Shown here piece by piece: positions 32,189 through 38,980 of a stretch of 38,980 nucleotides of DNA (positions are counted from its first letter, which is position 1; the number at the start of each line of letters is the position of its first letter). Origin of the DNA: a virus. The position numbers and the translations under genes are program-made. The notes under the pieces were generated by a model that ran no database searches, had not been told where the DNA came from, and saw only the letters and a list, made by a program, of their open reading frames with translations. The stretch is from IMG/VR virus record IMGVR_UViG_3300045988_065349. The stretch is one strand, 5' to 3'.

Positions 32189-32436
32189 CGAGAAAAAGAG
32201 CCGTTAAGCTACTGATGGCGCGTGGGTGCGGCCGGAACTGTGCAAATTCTCTTATGCGCGCAAAGCATCCCGGGCATAGCAATGAGAGCCATTACATCCG
32301 CATTACATTGGCTCGCCGTCTGCGAGATAGCGCTTTAGCCTTCGCGCGGCTGTCAGCCGTGACCGCCGCCGCGCGCTGTGCAATGTCCCGATTGGCGCAG
32401 GCTATAAACGAAATCAAAGGAGGGACTGGACTTTGA
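32185..32436 (+). CDS. Hypothetical protein (83 aa)
   Basis: ATGA overlap. RBS aaaggag. Confidence 0.55.
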   Translation: MTRKRAVKLLMARGCGRNCANSLMRAKHPGHSNESHYIRITLARRLRDSALAFARLSAVTAAARCAMSRLAQAINEIKGGTGL

Positions 32437-32684
32437 CACCAAGAGAGATCGAGTTCGTTGTCAAACAGGAGCGGCGGCTCTGCAAGGTTGGCCACGAGCT
32501 TGGATATTTTCATCGCTGGGACGATACGCTTCCCGGCGGTGTGGAGGCAGTTGTAGAATTCCCGGACGGCGTTCGACGTGTCCTTCTCGGCGACATTGCT
32601 TTCTGCGATGAGGAGAACGCAGACTTGCGGCGCATGAATGAATACCACAGAATGGAGCTGATGCCGAATCAACCGGGTGATTGA
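32433..32684 (+). CDS. Hypothetical protein (83 aa)
   Basis: TTG start 7 nt after RBS aaaggaggg. Confidence 0.55.
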   Translation: MTPREIEFVVKQERRLCKVGHELGYFHRWDDTLPGGVEAVVEFPDGVRRVLLGDIAFCDEENADLRRMNEYHRMELMPNQPGD

Positions 32685-33378
32685 ACTGCGCGCGGGCAAC
32701 CGCGTTCGCGCAATTGAGCTTGCATCGCGGCCACCGAGGACCGGTGGCCGTGCGGCAAAGCAATTTGAAACCAGCCTCGTTCAGGAGGCCGTCAACATTA
32801 AAACCGCATGTATGCGTCTTGAGTTCTTATTGTATGCAAACTTCAGCCCGCAAGACTGGTTTGTGACACTCACTTATGATGCCGAGCACTTGCCGCCGAA
32901 TTATGAGGCAGCGCGCAAAAATGCACCGGCCTACTTCCGCAAGGTGCGAGAGGCGCGCCGGGTAAGGGCGCTGCCGTTTGGATATGTCTATGTCATGGAG
33001 GGCATGCACGGCGATCACCGCATCCACCATCATTTCGTGATCCAGCGGGCGGACGGCGACGAGATGCTGCTCCGCTGCTTCTGGCAGAAGGGATCGGTCG
33101 ATACCAGGACGATTGAGGACTTCGGCGGCTACCGCAAGGTGGCGAGGTATCTTACCAAGGAGCCGAGGAAAACCGGGAAGCTCCGCGTCGGGCAGCGGAT
33201 GTGGACGCCGAGTAAGGGCCTCATTAAGCCGGAACGGCTGGACGTCGAGCTGCCGCCGGGCGCGCACTATTCGCCGCCGGACAAAGCTATCCCGTTCGAG
33301 GGCGAGAAGTTCCCGGAGCGCATCGACAACAGCTTCGGAAGCTACGTGCTGTACGACTATGAAATCCCGGAAAACTGA
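32677..33378 (+). CDS. HUH-type rolling-circle Rep-like protein
   Basis: Motif order FVTLTYD, then RIHHHFVI, then ARYLTKE, as in HUH Rep endonucleases. Start uncertain: GTG 32677 or ATG 32812, neither with a good RBS. Confidence 0.65.
   Translation: MIELRAGNRVRAIELASRPPRTGGRAAKQFETSLVQEAVNIKTACMRLEFLLYANFSPQDWFVTLTYDAEHLPPNYEAARKNAPAYFRKVREARRVRALPFGYVYVMEGMHGDHRIHHHFVIQRADGDEMLLRCFWQKGSVDTRTIEDFGGYRKVARYLTKEPRKTGKLRVGQRMWTPSKGLIKPERLDVELPPGAHYSPPDKAIPFEGEKFPERIDNSFGSYVLYDYEIPEN
32687..32750 (+). other. Two GC-rich hairpins at the 5' edge of the Rep-like ORF
   Basis: TGCGCG...CGCGCA with an inner CGCGG-GCAA-CCGCG (32687-32712). A perfect 9-bp stem CGGCCACCG/CGGTGGCCG with a 5-nt loop (32728-32750). 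Confidence 0.5.
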
Positions 33379-33442
33379 ACATTGCATTTACAATTTTCCC
33401 TTGAAACAACCTATAAATAATCAGAAAGGTGGAACAAAAGTC

Positions 33443-33655
33443 TTGCAAAGCAAAAACGCGCATGATATACTATTAGTGTCAGCAGGTGGCAAGCTGATCT
33501 GCCCGCTGTGCGGACGGCCGACGCAGCAGCGTGTGCTGCCGACGACAACGCTGACAGACTTCCCGCTGTACTGCAAGGTGTGCAGACGCGAGTCCGTCGT
33601 AAACGTGAATATGAGCCTGAGCCAGAGCCTTTGCGCCAGCGCCTGCGCCAAATGA
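33443..33655 (+). CDS. Cysteine-rich KTR-like small protein (70 aa)
   Basis: TTG start after RBS gaaaggtgg. LICPLCGRPTQQRVLPTTTLTDFPLYCKVCRRESVVNV matches the Cys_rich_KTR pattern as I recall it. Confidence 0.65.
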   Translation: MQSKNAHDILLVSAGGKLICPLCGRPTQQRVLPTTTLTDFPLYCKVCRRESVVNVNMSLSQSLCASACAK

Positions 33656-33697
33656 TTTGACCGTGTGAACGGTAGATCGTTTGGCGCTTTTGTTTTG
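33645..33697 (+). terminator. Rho-independent terminator-like hairpin 1
   Basis: GCGCCAAA...TTTGGCGC outer stem with inner ACCG/CGGT, followed by TTTTGTTTTG. Confidence 0.7.
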
Positions 33698-33724
33698 CAG
33701 CCGAAATGATAGCCGGATGGCATG

Positions 33725-33766
33725 AGCGCCATGATCTCCGTCGTGAGGTCATGGCGCTTTTGCTTT
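33725..33766 (+). terminator. Rho-independent terminator-like hairpin 2
   Basis: Perfect 10-bp stem AGCGCCATGA/TCATGGCGCT with a 14-nt loop, followed by TTTGCTTT. Confidence 0.7.
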
Positions 33767-33780
33767 ATCTGCGATGCTGG

Positions 33781-34095
33781 ATGAAAGGGCGGTGATCCCA
33801 GACGGACTACAAGAGCAAGCGATGGCTGCGCCTGCGGGATGCAATCCTGCGGCGCGACGGCTACAAGTGCCGCGAGGCTGGCCGCTATGGCCGAAACGAA
33901 ACCGCGACGACAGTGCACCATGTCTACCCGGTTGAGGATTTCCCAGGCTGGCAATGGTGCCGCTGGAATCTGATTGCTGTCAGCCAGGCCGCGCACAACA
34001 GCTTCCACGATCGGACGACCGGAAAGCTGACCGAGCGAGGCCTCATGTGGCAGCGGCGAGTGATCCCCCCTCCCGATTCGCCTCCGCCGTTTTAG
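33781..34095 (+). CDS. HNH endonuclease (packaging-associated type) with an in-frame TGA at codon 5
   Basis: ...DYKSKRWLRLRDAILRRDGYKC...VHHVYPV...WNLIAV...AHNSFH. The only upstream start in this frame is ATG 33781, separated from the domain by TGA at 33793-33795. No ATG, GTG or TTG lies between that stop and the GTG at 33913. Confidence 0.7.
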
Positions 34096-34362
34096 CAAAA
34101 GCACCGGATGGGGCCGCCTCTTCCGACGGCGGGAAAACCGGCGGAGGGGGTTAAGCCGGAGGGCCAGGCGTGCGCGCGACGCGCGCGTCGTGGAATTGCG
34201 CGACGTGGGCGCAAACGACGCGGGCGCGCGAAAACAGCCGCTCGAATGGCGGTGCAAGAATACATCGGAGGCTGCGCCGGGCGCTTTTGCCTGCATGATA
34301 GTCCTTCACACCGGGCGCGGTTTGGCCGCCGCGTCTGGCGGAGCCTCCGAGGAAAGGAGACC
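34096..34362. other. GC-rich non-coding region upstream of terminase (candidate cos/packaging site)
   Basis: No convincing ORF. Contains the 12-bp palindrome GACGCGCGCGTC (34178-34189) and several GCGCGC runs. Lies between HNH and the terminase start. Confidence 0.4.
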
Positions 34363-36495
34363 ATGGCGCGCGAAGATATGATCCGGCAGGACATGAAGCT
34401 TGTCGGGACTTACAACGAAATCTTTGAGCCGACGATCAAACAGCTGGCGAAAACCGAACGTGAGCTTTCGCGTGCCGAGAAGGAGTGGAAGAAGCAGGGC
34501 GGCCAGCGCGTGTGTACGATGATCAACAAGACCGGCGCAGAATATACGGCGAAAAGCCCATACTGGACGGATGTCCAGGACTTGCGTGCCACTGTCCAGA
34601 GTCTGCGCAATCAACTCGGTCTGACGCCGACCGGCCTCAACAAGGCCCGCGGCAAGGCACCGTCGAACGGCGGCGTCGGCAAGCTGGAGCGGCTGCTTGA
34701 GGATGCGCATAATCACGCAATCGAATGCGCCGCACAGTATCAGCGCGACGTTGAGGACTTTGTGCAGTCGGTTTTATCGGGTGAATCCGGATTGTGTGAG
34801 GACGCGGTACTCGCTTGCAAACGGTACGTGTCAGACTTGGACACTGGAAAGTGGGAATTTCGCTCAGAGCCAGCGAATGACATCATTGCCATCATCGAGA
34901 CGATGATCTGCCACCAGCAGGGCGAATTTCTCGACGCGACACCACTTCGCGGGACGCCGTTTCTGCTGCTCCCTTATCACAAATTCATTGTCTACAACGT
35001 TATGGGTTTTTACCTGCCGGATACGAAAATCCGGCGCTTTAAGGAAGCTGTCGATTTCATCCCCCGCAAAAACGTCAAAACGACGTTCGCTGCGGCTCTG
35101 GCGTTTGCGCTGGCCCTGTATGAACGGGCCTCCGGCTCGAAGGTGTACGAGGTCGGCGGCGCGCTCAAGCAGGCGCTGGAAGGCTTCGACTTCCTCAAGT
35201 ACAACGCCGCGCGCCTGGGCGTGACCGTCAAGGACGATCCGGAAAACGGCCTGCGGATTATCGACAACAACATGGAACGCTCGATCTCCGGCGACATCGG
35301 CGACGGTATGATCTCCATCAATGCTCTGGCTGCGAATCCCGACAAACAGGACTCTTTCAACTGCAACATTGTCATTGCGGACGAGGCTCACACTTACAAA
35401 AGCCCGCAGCAGTATCAGATCCTGAAGGACGCGACCAAGGCGTACACCAACAAACTGGTAATCATCATTTCGTCCAACGGTCCGAATGCCCGCGGCTTCC
35501 TGTTGGGGCATTTGGAGTATTGCCGGAAGATCCTCCGCAGGACAGTCACAGGTGACGCTGCCGACTCGGTTTTCTGTTTCCTCTGCTCTGCGCCGACGCT
35601 GGAAAACGGCGACGTTGACTTGAAGGACCCAAATGTTTTGAAGGCAGCTTCCCCCGGTTGGGGCTACTCCATCCGTCCGCAGGACATGATAAACGACGCG
35701 GCAATGGCCGCAGAGAATCCAGCGCTGCGGCCGGAATTCCTCAACAAAAGCCTAAATGTTACGACAAATGCCGTTAAGGCGTGGTTCGACATTGCGGAGT
35801 TCCGTAAAAGCGACGAACGGTACAGCTGGACGCTTGCGCAGCTGGCAAAACTGCCGATCCGGTGGTATGGCGGGACGGATCTGTCCAAGCTCTACGACCT
35901 GACGACCAGCGCCCTGTTCGGGCACTACAAGGGCGTGGACATCATCATTCCGCACTGCTGGTTCCCGCGTCCGGCCGCGATGGTTAAAGCACAGCAGGAT
36001 CAAATCCCGCTGTTCGGCTGGCTTGAGGACGGCTGGCTGGACATGACCAATGACAAGGTGACCAATTACCACGACGTGGTTATGTGGTACAAGAAGCGCC
36101 GCGCGGAAGGCTTTAAGATCCGGCGCGTCGGGCATGACCGTAAATTCTGCCGCGAGTATTTCGTGGAGATGAAGCAGGAGCGATTCCCAATCAAGGATCA
36201 GCCGCAGCTTTTCACGCGGAAATCCGAGGGCTTCCGCTACATCGAGAACAGCGCGAAAAAAGGGACTCTCTACTACCTGCACGCCGAGCCGTTTGAGTAC
36301 TGCGTTCAGAATGTCGCCGGCATTGAGAAATCAGACGATATGGTAATGTACCAGAAGATCGAGCCGAATTTACGTATTGACGTATTCGACGCCGCCGTTT
36401 TCGCGGTGTGCGCCTATCTGGAGGATCTGACTGCCAGCAATAAGGCGGCCGGATGGTATGACAAGAAAGATGGAAAGGATGATGATGCCGATTGA
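34363..36495 (+). CDS. Terminase: P27-like small-subunit region fused in frame to the large subunit (710 aa)
   Basis: RBS gaaaggaga precedes the ATG at 34363. The first ~105 aa end in ...NQLGLTPTGLNKARGKAP, which is small-terminase-like. The rest is large-terminase-like (ACKRYVSDL, FIPRKNVKTTFAAAL, IADEAHTY). No stop codon lies between the two parts. Confidence 0.8.
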   Translation: MAREDMIRQDMKLVGTYNEIFEPTIKQLAKTERELSRAEKEWKKQGGQRVCTMINKTGAEYTAKSPYWTDVQDLRATVQSLRNQLGLTPTGLNKARGKAPSNGGVGKLERLLEDAHNHAIECAAQYQRDVEDFVQSVLSGESGLCEDAVLACKRYVSDLDTGKWEFRSEPANDIIAIIETMICHQQGEFLDATPLRGTPFLLLPYHKFIVYNVMGFYLPDTKIRRFKEAVDFIPRKNVKTTFAAALAFALALYERASGSKVYEVGGALKQALEGFDFLKYNAARLGVTVKDDPENGLRIIDNNMERSISGDIGDGMISINALAANPDKQDSFNCNIVIADEAHTYKSPQQYQILKDATKAYTNKLVIIISSNGPNARGFLLGHLEYCRKILRRTVTGDAADSVFCFLCSAPTLENGDVDLKDPNVLKAASPGWGYSIRPQDMINDAAMAAENPALRPEFLNKSLNVTTNAVKAWFDIAEFRKSDERYSWTLAQLAKLPIRWYGGTDLSKLYDLTTSALFGHYKGVDIIIPHCWFPRPAAMVKAQQDQIPLFGWLEDGWLDMTNDKVTNYHDVVMWYKKRRAEGFKIRRVGHDRKFCREYFVEMKQERFPIKDQPQLFTRKSEGFRYIENSAKKGTLYYLHAEPFEYCVQNVAGIEKSDDMVMYQKIEPNLRIDVFDAAVFAVCAYLEDLTASNKAAGWYDKKDGKDDDAD

Positions 36496-37679
36496 AAGTC
36501 AAAGTGCAGCGCAGGTCCGCACAGGATCTGACGCTGCAAGGATTCCTGCTGGGTGCTGTAAATCAGGATACGCTTTGCGTACCCGGCTATACACGGCTGA
36601 TTGACAGCCCGGACGTGCAGGCAGCCGTTGGCGGCCTTGCCGATATTATATCCAATGCGACAATTCAGCTCATGCAGAACACGCCGGACGGCGATGTCCG
36701 TGTCCGCAACGCTCTTTCCCGCTTCATGGACATTCAGCCGTGGGCACATGGCACACGCAAGGACCTGATTGCGTGGATCGTGTGGACAATGCTGACGAAC
36801 AGCTGTGGAAGCGCCTTTTTGCTGCCGCACACATCCGGCGGCTTGCTGACGGAGCTGGAGCCGATGCCGGATGCGGTAGCTATGAGCGACGATAACGGCC
36901 GAAGCTACTATGTCATGTGGCACGGCAACCGCTTCGATTCCGGCGCGGTGCTGCACTTCCGGCGCTGGCCGGACCCGGCACAGCCTTGGCGCGGCCTCGG
37001 TTTGCGGATGAGCCTGCACGATCTGGCAAACAGCCTGCGACAGACGTCGGCAACAAAGAAGGGATTTATGTCCGACAAGTGGAAGCCGAGCGTCATCGTC
37101 AAGGTGGACGCGCTGGCGGATGAATTTGCCGACGAGGATGGCCGAAAGCGCCTGGTCGATCAGTATCTGTCCAACAGCAGCGCAGGCGCACCGTGGATCA
37201 TCCCGGCTGATCTGATGGAGGTGCAGCAGGTGAAGCCGCTCAGCCTCACCGATCTGGCAATCCGCGATAGTGTGGAGCTGGACAAACGCGCCGTCGCATC
37301 GCTGGTCGGCGTGACTCCGTATATGCTGGGCGTGGGCGCCTATTCGGACAGTGACCACAACCACATGGTGAAAACTACCGCGACTACCATTGCAAATATT
37401 ATTTGCCAGGAACTGACGCGCAAGCTGCTGATCTCCAGCGAACTGTATTTTTCGATGTCCACAAGGCGGCTTTACAGCTACAGCACCAAGGAGCTGGCCG
37501 ACGTGGCCGAGGGCCTCTATATCCGCGGCCTGATGGACGGCAACGAGGTTCGTGACTGGGTCGGCCTGAGTCCGCGGGAGGGACTGAACGAGCTGGTTAT
37601 TCTGGAGAATTATATCCCGCGTGGAATGATCGGCAACCAGAACAAACTGACACAAGGGGGCGACGACAATGAACCGTGA
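36492..37679 (+). CDS. Portal protein (HK97 family)
   Basis: 395 aa directly after the terminase, with a start overlapping its stop. Portal-like sequence pattern. Confidence 0.85.
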   Translation: MKVKVQRRSAQDLTLQGFLLGAVNQDTLCVPGYTRLIDSPDVQAAVGGLADIISNATIQLMQNTPDGDVRVRNALSRFMDIQPWAHGTRKDLIAWIVWTMLTNSCGSAFLLPHTSGGLLTELEPMPDAVAMSDDNGRSYYVMWHGNRFDSGAVLHFRRWPDPAQPWRGLGLRMSLHDLANSLRQTSATKKGFMSDKWKPSVIVKVDALADEFADEDGRKRLVDQYLSNSSAGAPWIIPADLMEVQQVKPLSLTDLAIRDSVELDKRAVASLVGVTPYMLGVGAYSDSDHNHMVKTTATTIANIICQELTRKLLISSELYFSMSTRRLYSYSTKELADVAEGLYIRGLMDGNEVRDWVGLSPREGLNELVILENYIPRGMIGNQNKLTQGGDDNEP

Positions 37680-38253
37680 CAAGCAGTTGCGGCAGGTTCG
37701 CTGCGTGGCGCAGCCGTTTCAGACGCGGGCAGCGGACAATGACTTGTACATCGAAGGATATTTTGCGGTGTTTAACTCGGAATATCAGCTTTGGGATGGT
37801 GCAAGTGAGGTGATCAAGCCCGGCGCATTTACCGTCTCAATCTCCGGGGACGTCCGCGCGCTTATCAACCACGACACCAGTCTGGTGCTTGGCCGGACAA
37901 AGCCAGGCACGCTGGCACTCCGGCAGGACGACCGCGGCCTGTGGGGCAGCGTCCGAATCAACCGCGACGATGTGGACGCGATGAGCCTGTATGCGCGCGT
38001 GCAGCGTGGCGATGTAGACCAGTGCAGCATTGGTTTTGCAATCAAACGCGAAACCTTCGTGGATCTCGGAAATGGTAACTATCGTTGGGAAATTGAAGAG
38101 GTTGACCCGCTGTACGAGGTCAGCGTCTGCACCTTCCCGGCGTATGAGTCCACATCCGTAAGCGCAAGGCAGCAGGATCTGGCCGAAATTCAGAAGCGAC
38201 GCGCCGAGGCATGGCGCGAAAAAATGACCAAAAAGTTAGGAGGCAAATCGTAA
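37669..38253 (+). CDS. Prohead maturation protease (HK97 family, S78-like)
   Basis: YIEGYFAVFN...ALINHD...SIGF... pattern. Lies between the portal and capsid genes. Confidence 0.85.
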   Translation: MNRDKQLRQVRCVAQPFQTRAADNDLYIEGYFAVFNSEYQLWDGASEVIKPGAFTVSISGDVRALINHDTSLVLGRTKPGTLALRQDDRGLWGSVRINRDDVDAMSLYARVQRGDVDQCSIGFAIKRETFVDLGNGNYRWEIEEVDPLYEVSVCTFPAYESTSVSARQQDLAEIQKRRAEAWREKMTKKLGGKS

Positions 38254-38980
38254 ATGTCCGTACTTAGAGTATTGATGCTCAACAGTGAGATCGCAGCGCT
38301 TCGTTCGCAGCTCACGCCGCTGGAGCAGACGCGCGACGGCTTCGCCGCCCGCGAGGAACAGCTCCGACAGGCAATTTCGGAGGCAACGACCGACGAGGAG
38401 CGCGGCGTCGTATCCACGGCGATTGAAACGTTTGAGCAGGAACGCAGCACAAACGCCGCAGAAATCTCCCGTATTCATGGAGAGATCGAGCAGCGCGAGG
38501 AACAAATCCGCAGTCTGGAGGCCGCGCAGACGCCGCCTCCGGCAAACAATCCGGTGCCCAACTCTGACACCGGCAACACCAACCACGAAAGGGGCAATGT
38601 AGAAATGAGCAATCCCGAACGCCGCTGGTTCGGCATGACCTATCAGCAGCGCGATGAGCTGCTGGCACGTGACAGCACGAAGGAATTCCTTCAGCGATTC
38701 CGCCAGCTCCGCGCCCAGCAGAACAGCGCGACCGGCGCTGAGTTGGGCATTCCGACCGAGTTCATGCAGATCCTGCGCGATCTGACCTATCAGAACTCCA
38801 AACTGTGGAAGTATGTCCACAGCGAATCTCTGCGCGGCAATGCTCGCCAGAACATCGTCGGCACTGCCTCTGATGCTGTGTGGACGGAGACCGTCGCCAA
38901 CATCAATGAAATCGTGCTCGACTTCACACAGCTGGAAGTGGACGGCTATATGCTGGCCGGATACATGGCGATCTCCAATG
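38254..38980 (+). CDS. Major capsid protein, N-terminal part (coiled-coil delta/scaffold-like domain), continuing into 120-1081 after the overlap
   Basis: ATG directly follows the protease TAA. The frame is open to the window end. The N-terminal ~120 aa are heptad-rich (LRSQLTPLEQTRDGFAAREEQLRQ...). No separate scaffold gene is present. Confidence 0.9.
   Translation, partial: MSVLRVLMLNSEIAALRSQLTPLEQTRDGFAAREEQLRQAISEATTDEERGVVSTAIETFEQERSTNAAEISRIHGEIEQREEQIRSLEAAQTPPPANNPVPNSDTGNTNHERGNVEMSNPERRWFGMTYQQRDELLARDSTKEFLQRFRQLRAQQNSATGAELGIPTEFMQILRDLTYQNSKLWKYVHSESLRGNARQNIVGTASDAVWTETVANINEIVLDFTQLEVDGYMLAGYMAISN
38862..38980. repeat. Terminal overlap copy 2 (identical to 1-119)
   Basis: Same 119-nt string as 1-119. 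It lies inside the capsid reading frame. Confidence 0.95.

Larger units (their letters stand above)
1..38980 (+). mobile_element. Complete circularly permuted temperate phage genome (siphovirus-type gene order, unique length 38861 bp)
   Basis: Packaging, head, tail, lysis, integration, immunity and replication modules are all present. The two window ends overlap exactly by 119 bp. A tRNA-fragment attP lies next to the integrase. Confidence 0.85.

Noticed and set aside
33387-33417. Possible late promoter TTTACA-19 nt-TATAAA upstream of the Cys-rich KTR-like gene.
   Set aside because: The 19-nt spacer and imperfect hexamers make it too weak to call from sequence alone.
33793-33795. Genome-wide TGA reassignment as an explanation for the in-frame TGA in HNH.
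   Set aside because: TGA clearly works as a stop in many tightly coupled ATGA/TGATG junctions here (for example at 1380, 3119, 3735, 14217, 19514, 31862 and 32185). Gene lengths are normal with TGA read as stop.
34108-34362. N-terminal extensions offered by the ORF track: terminase from 34108, fibre from 8988, integrase to 19652, Tal-like from 7710, NYN-neighbour from 16678, and others.
   Set aside because: The extensions are low-complexity, Arg- and Pro-rich, and lack an RBS. Internal starts with good RBS or start-stop overlaps give proteins that begin where family-typical sequence begins.

Overview
The window is one complete, circularly permuted genome of a GC-rich temperate siphovirus-type phage. 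Bases 1-119 are repeated exactly at 38862-38980, so the unique length is 38,861 bp. The break falls inside the major capsid gene. Nearly all genes are on the + strand, in this order (starting at about 33.8 kb and wrapping through the junction).

(1) Packaging and head: HNH endonuclease, one ORF fusing a small-terminase-like and a large-terminase region, portal, prohead protease, and an HK97-fold capsid protein.
(2) Tail: head-tail connectors, major tail protein, a chaperone with a directly readable -1 frameshift, tape measure, Dit-like and Tal-like proteins, a collagen-repeat fibre ending in an SGNH esterase, and a metallophosphoesterase-Big_2 protein.
(3) Lysis: an XhlA-like protein, two holin-like proteins and an Amidase_2 endolysin, followed by a small sigma-region-4-like HTH protein.
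(4) Cargo slot: a self-contained NYN-nuclease unit with its own promoter, leader and terminator, plus three unrecognised genes.
(5) attP: a 24-nt tRNA 3' end flanked by direct repeats.
(6) Minus-strand lysogeny module: tyrosine integrase, a membrane-anchored HTH protein, a membrane protein with a Zn motif, and a CI-like repressor.
(7) Early region: a divergent switch with palindromic operators, a Cro-like gene, a DnaD-like organizer with internal iterons, DnaB helicase, ParA and a large ParB-like protein.
(8) About 17 small, often Cys-rich ORFs, an HUH Rep-like protein, a Cys-rich KTR-like protein, and two tandem terminator hairpins just before the packaging genes.

I found no rRNA, no full tRNA and no CRISPR array.

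The best candidates for something undescribed are:
- the NYN moron and its three-gene neighbour in the cargo slot;
- the two enzyme-bearing tail-tip proteins;
- ParA/ParB coexisting with integrase and attP;
- the HUH Rep-like gene beside the packaging module;
- the anomalies in the packaging genes (an in-frame TGA in HNH and the TerS-TerL fusion).

All family assignments come from motif reading by eye. No database search was run.
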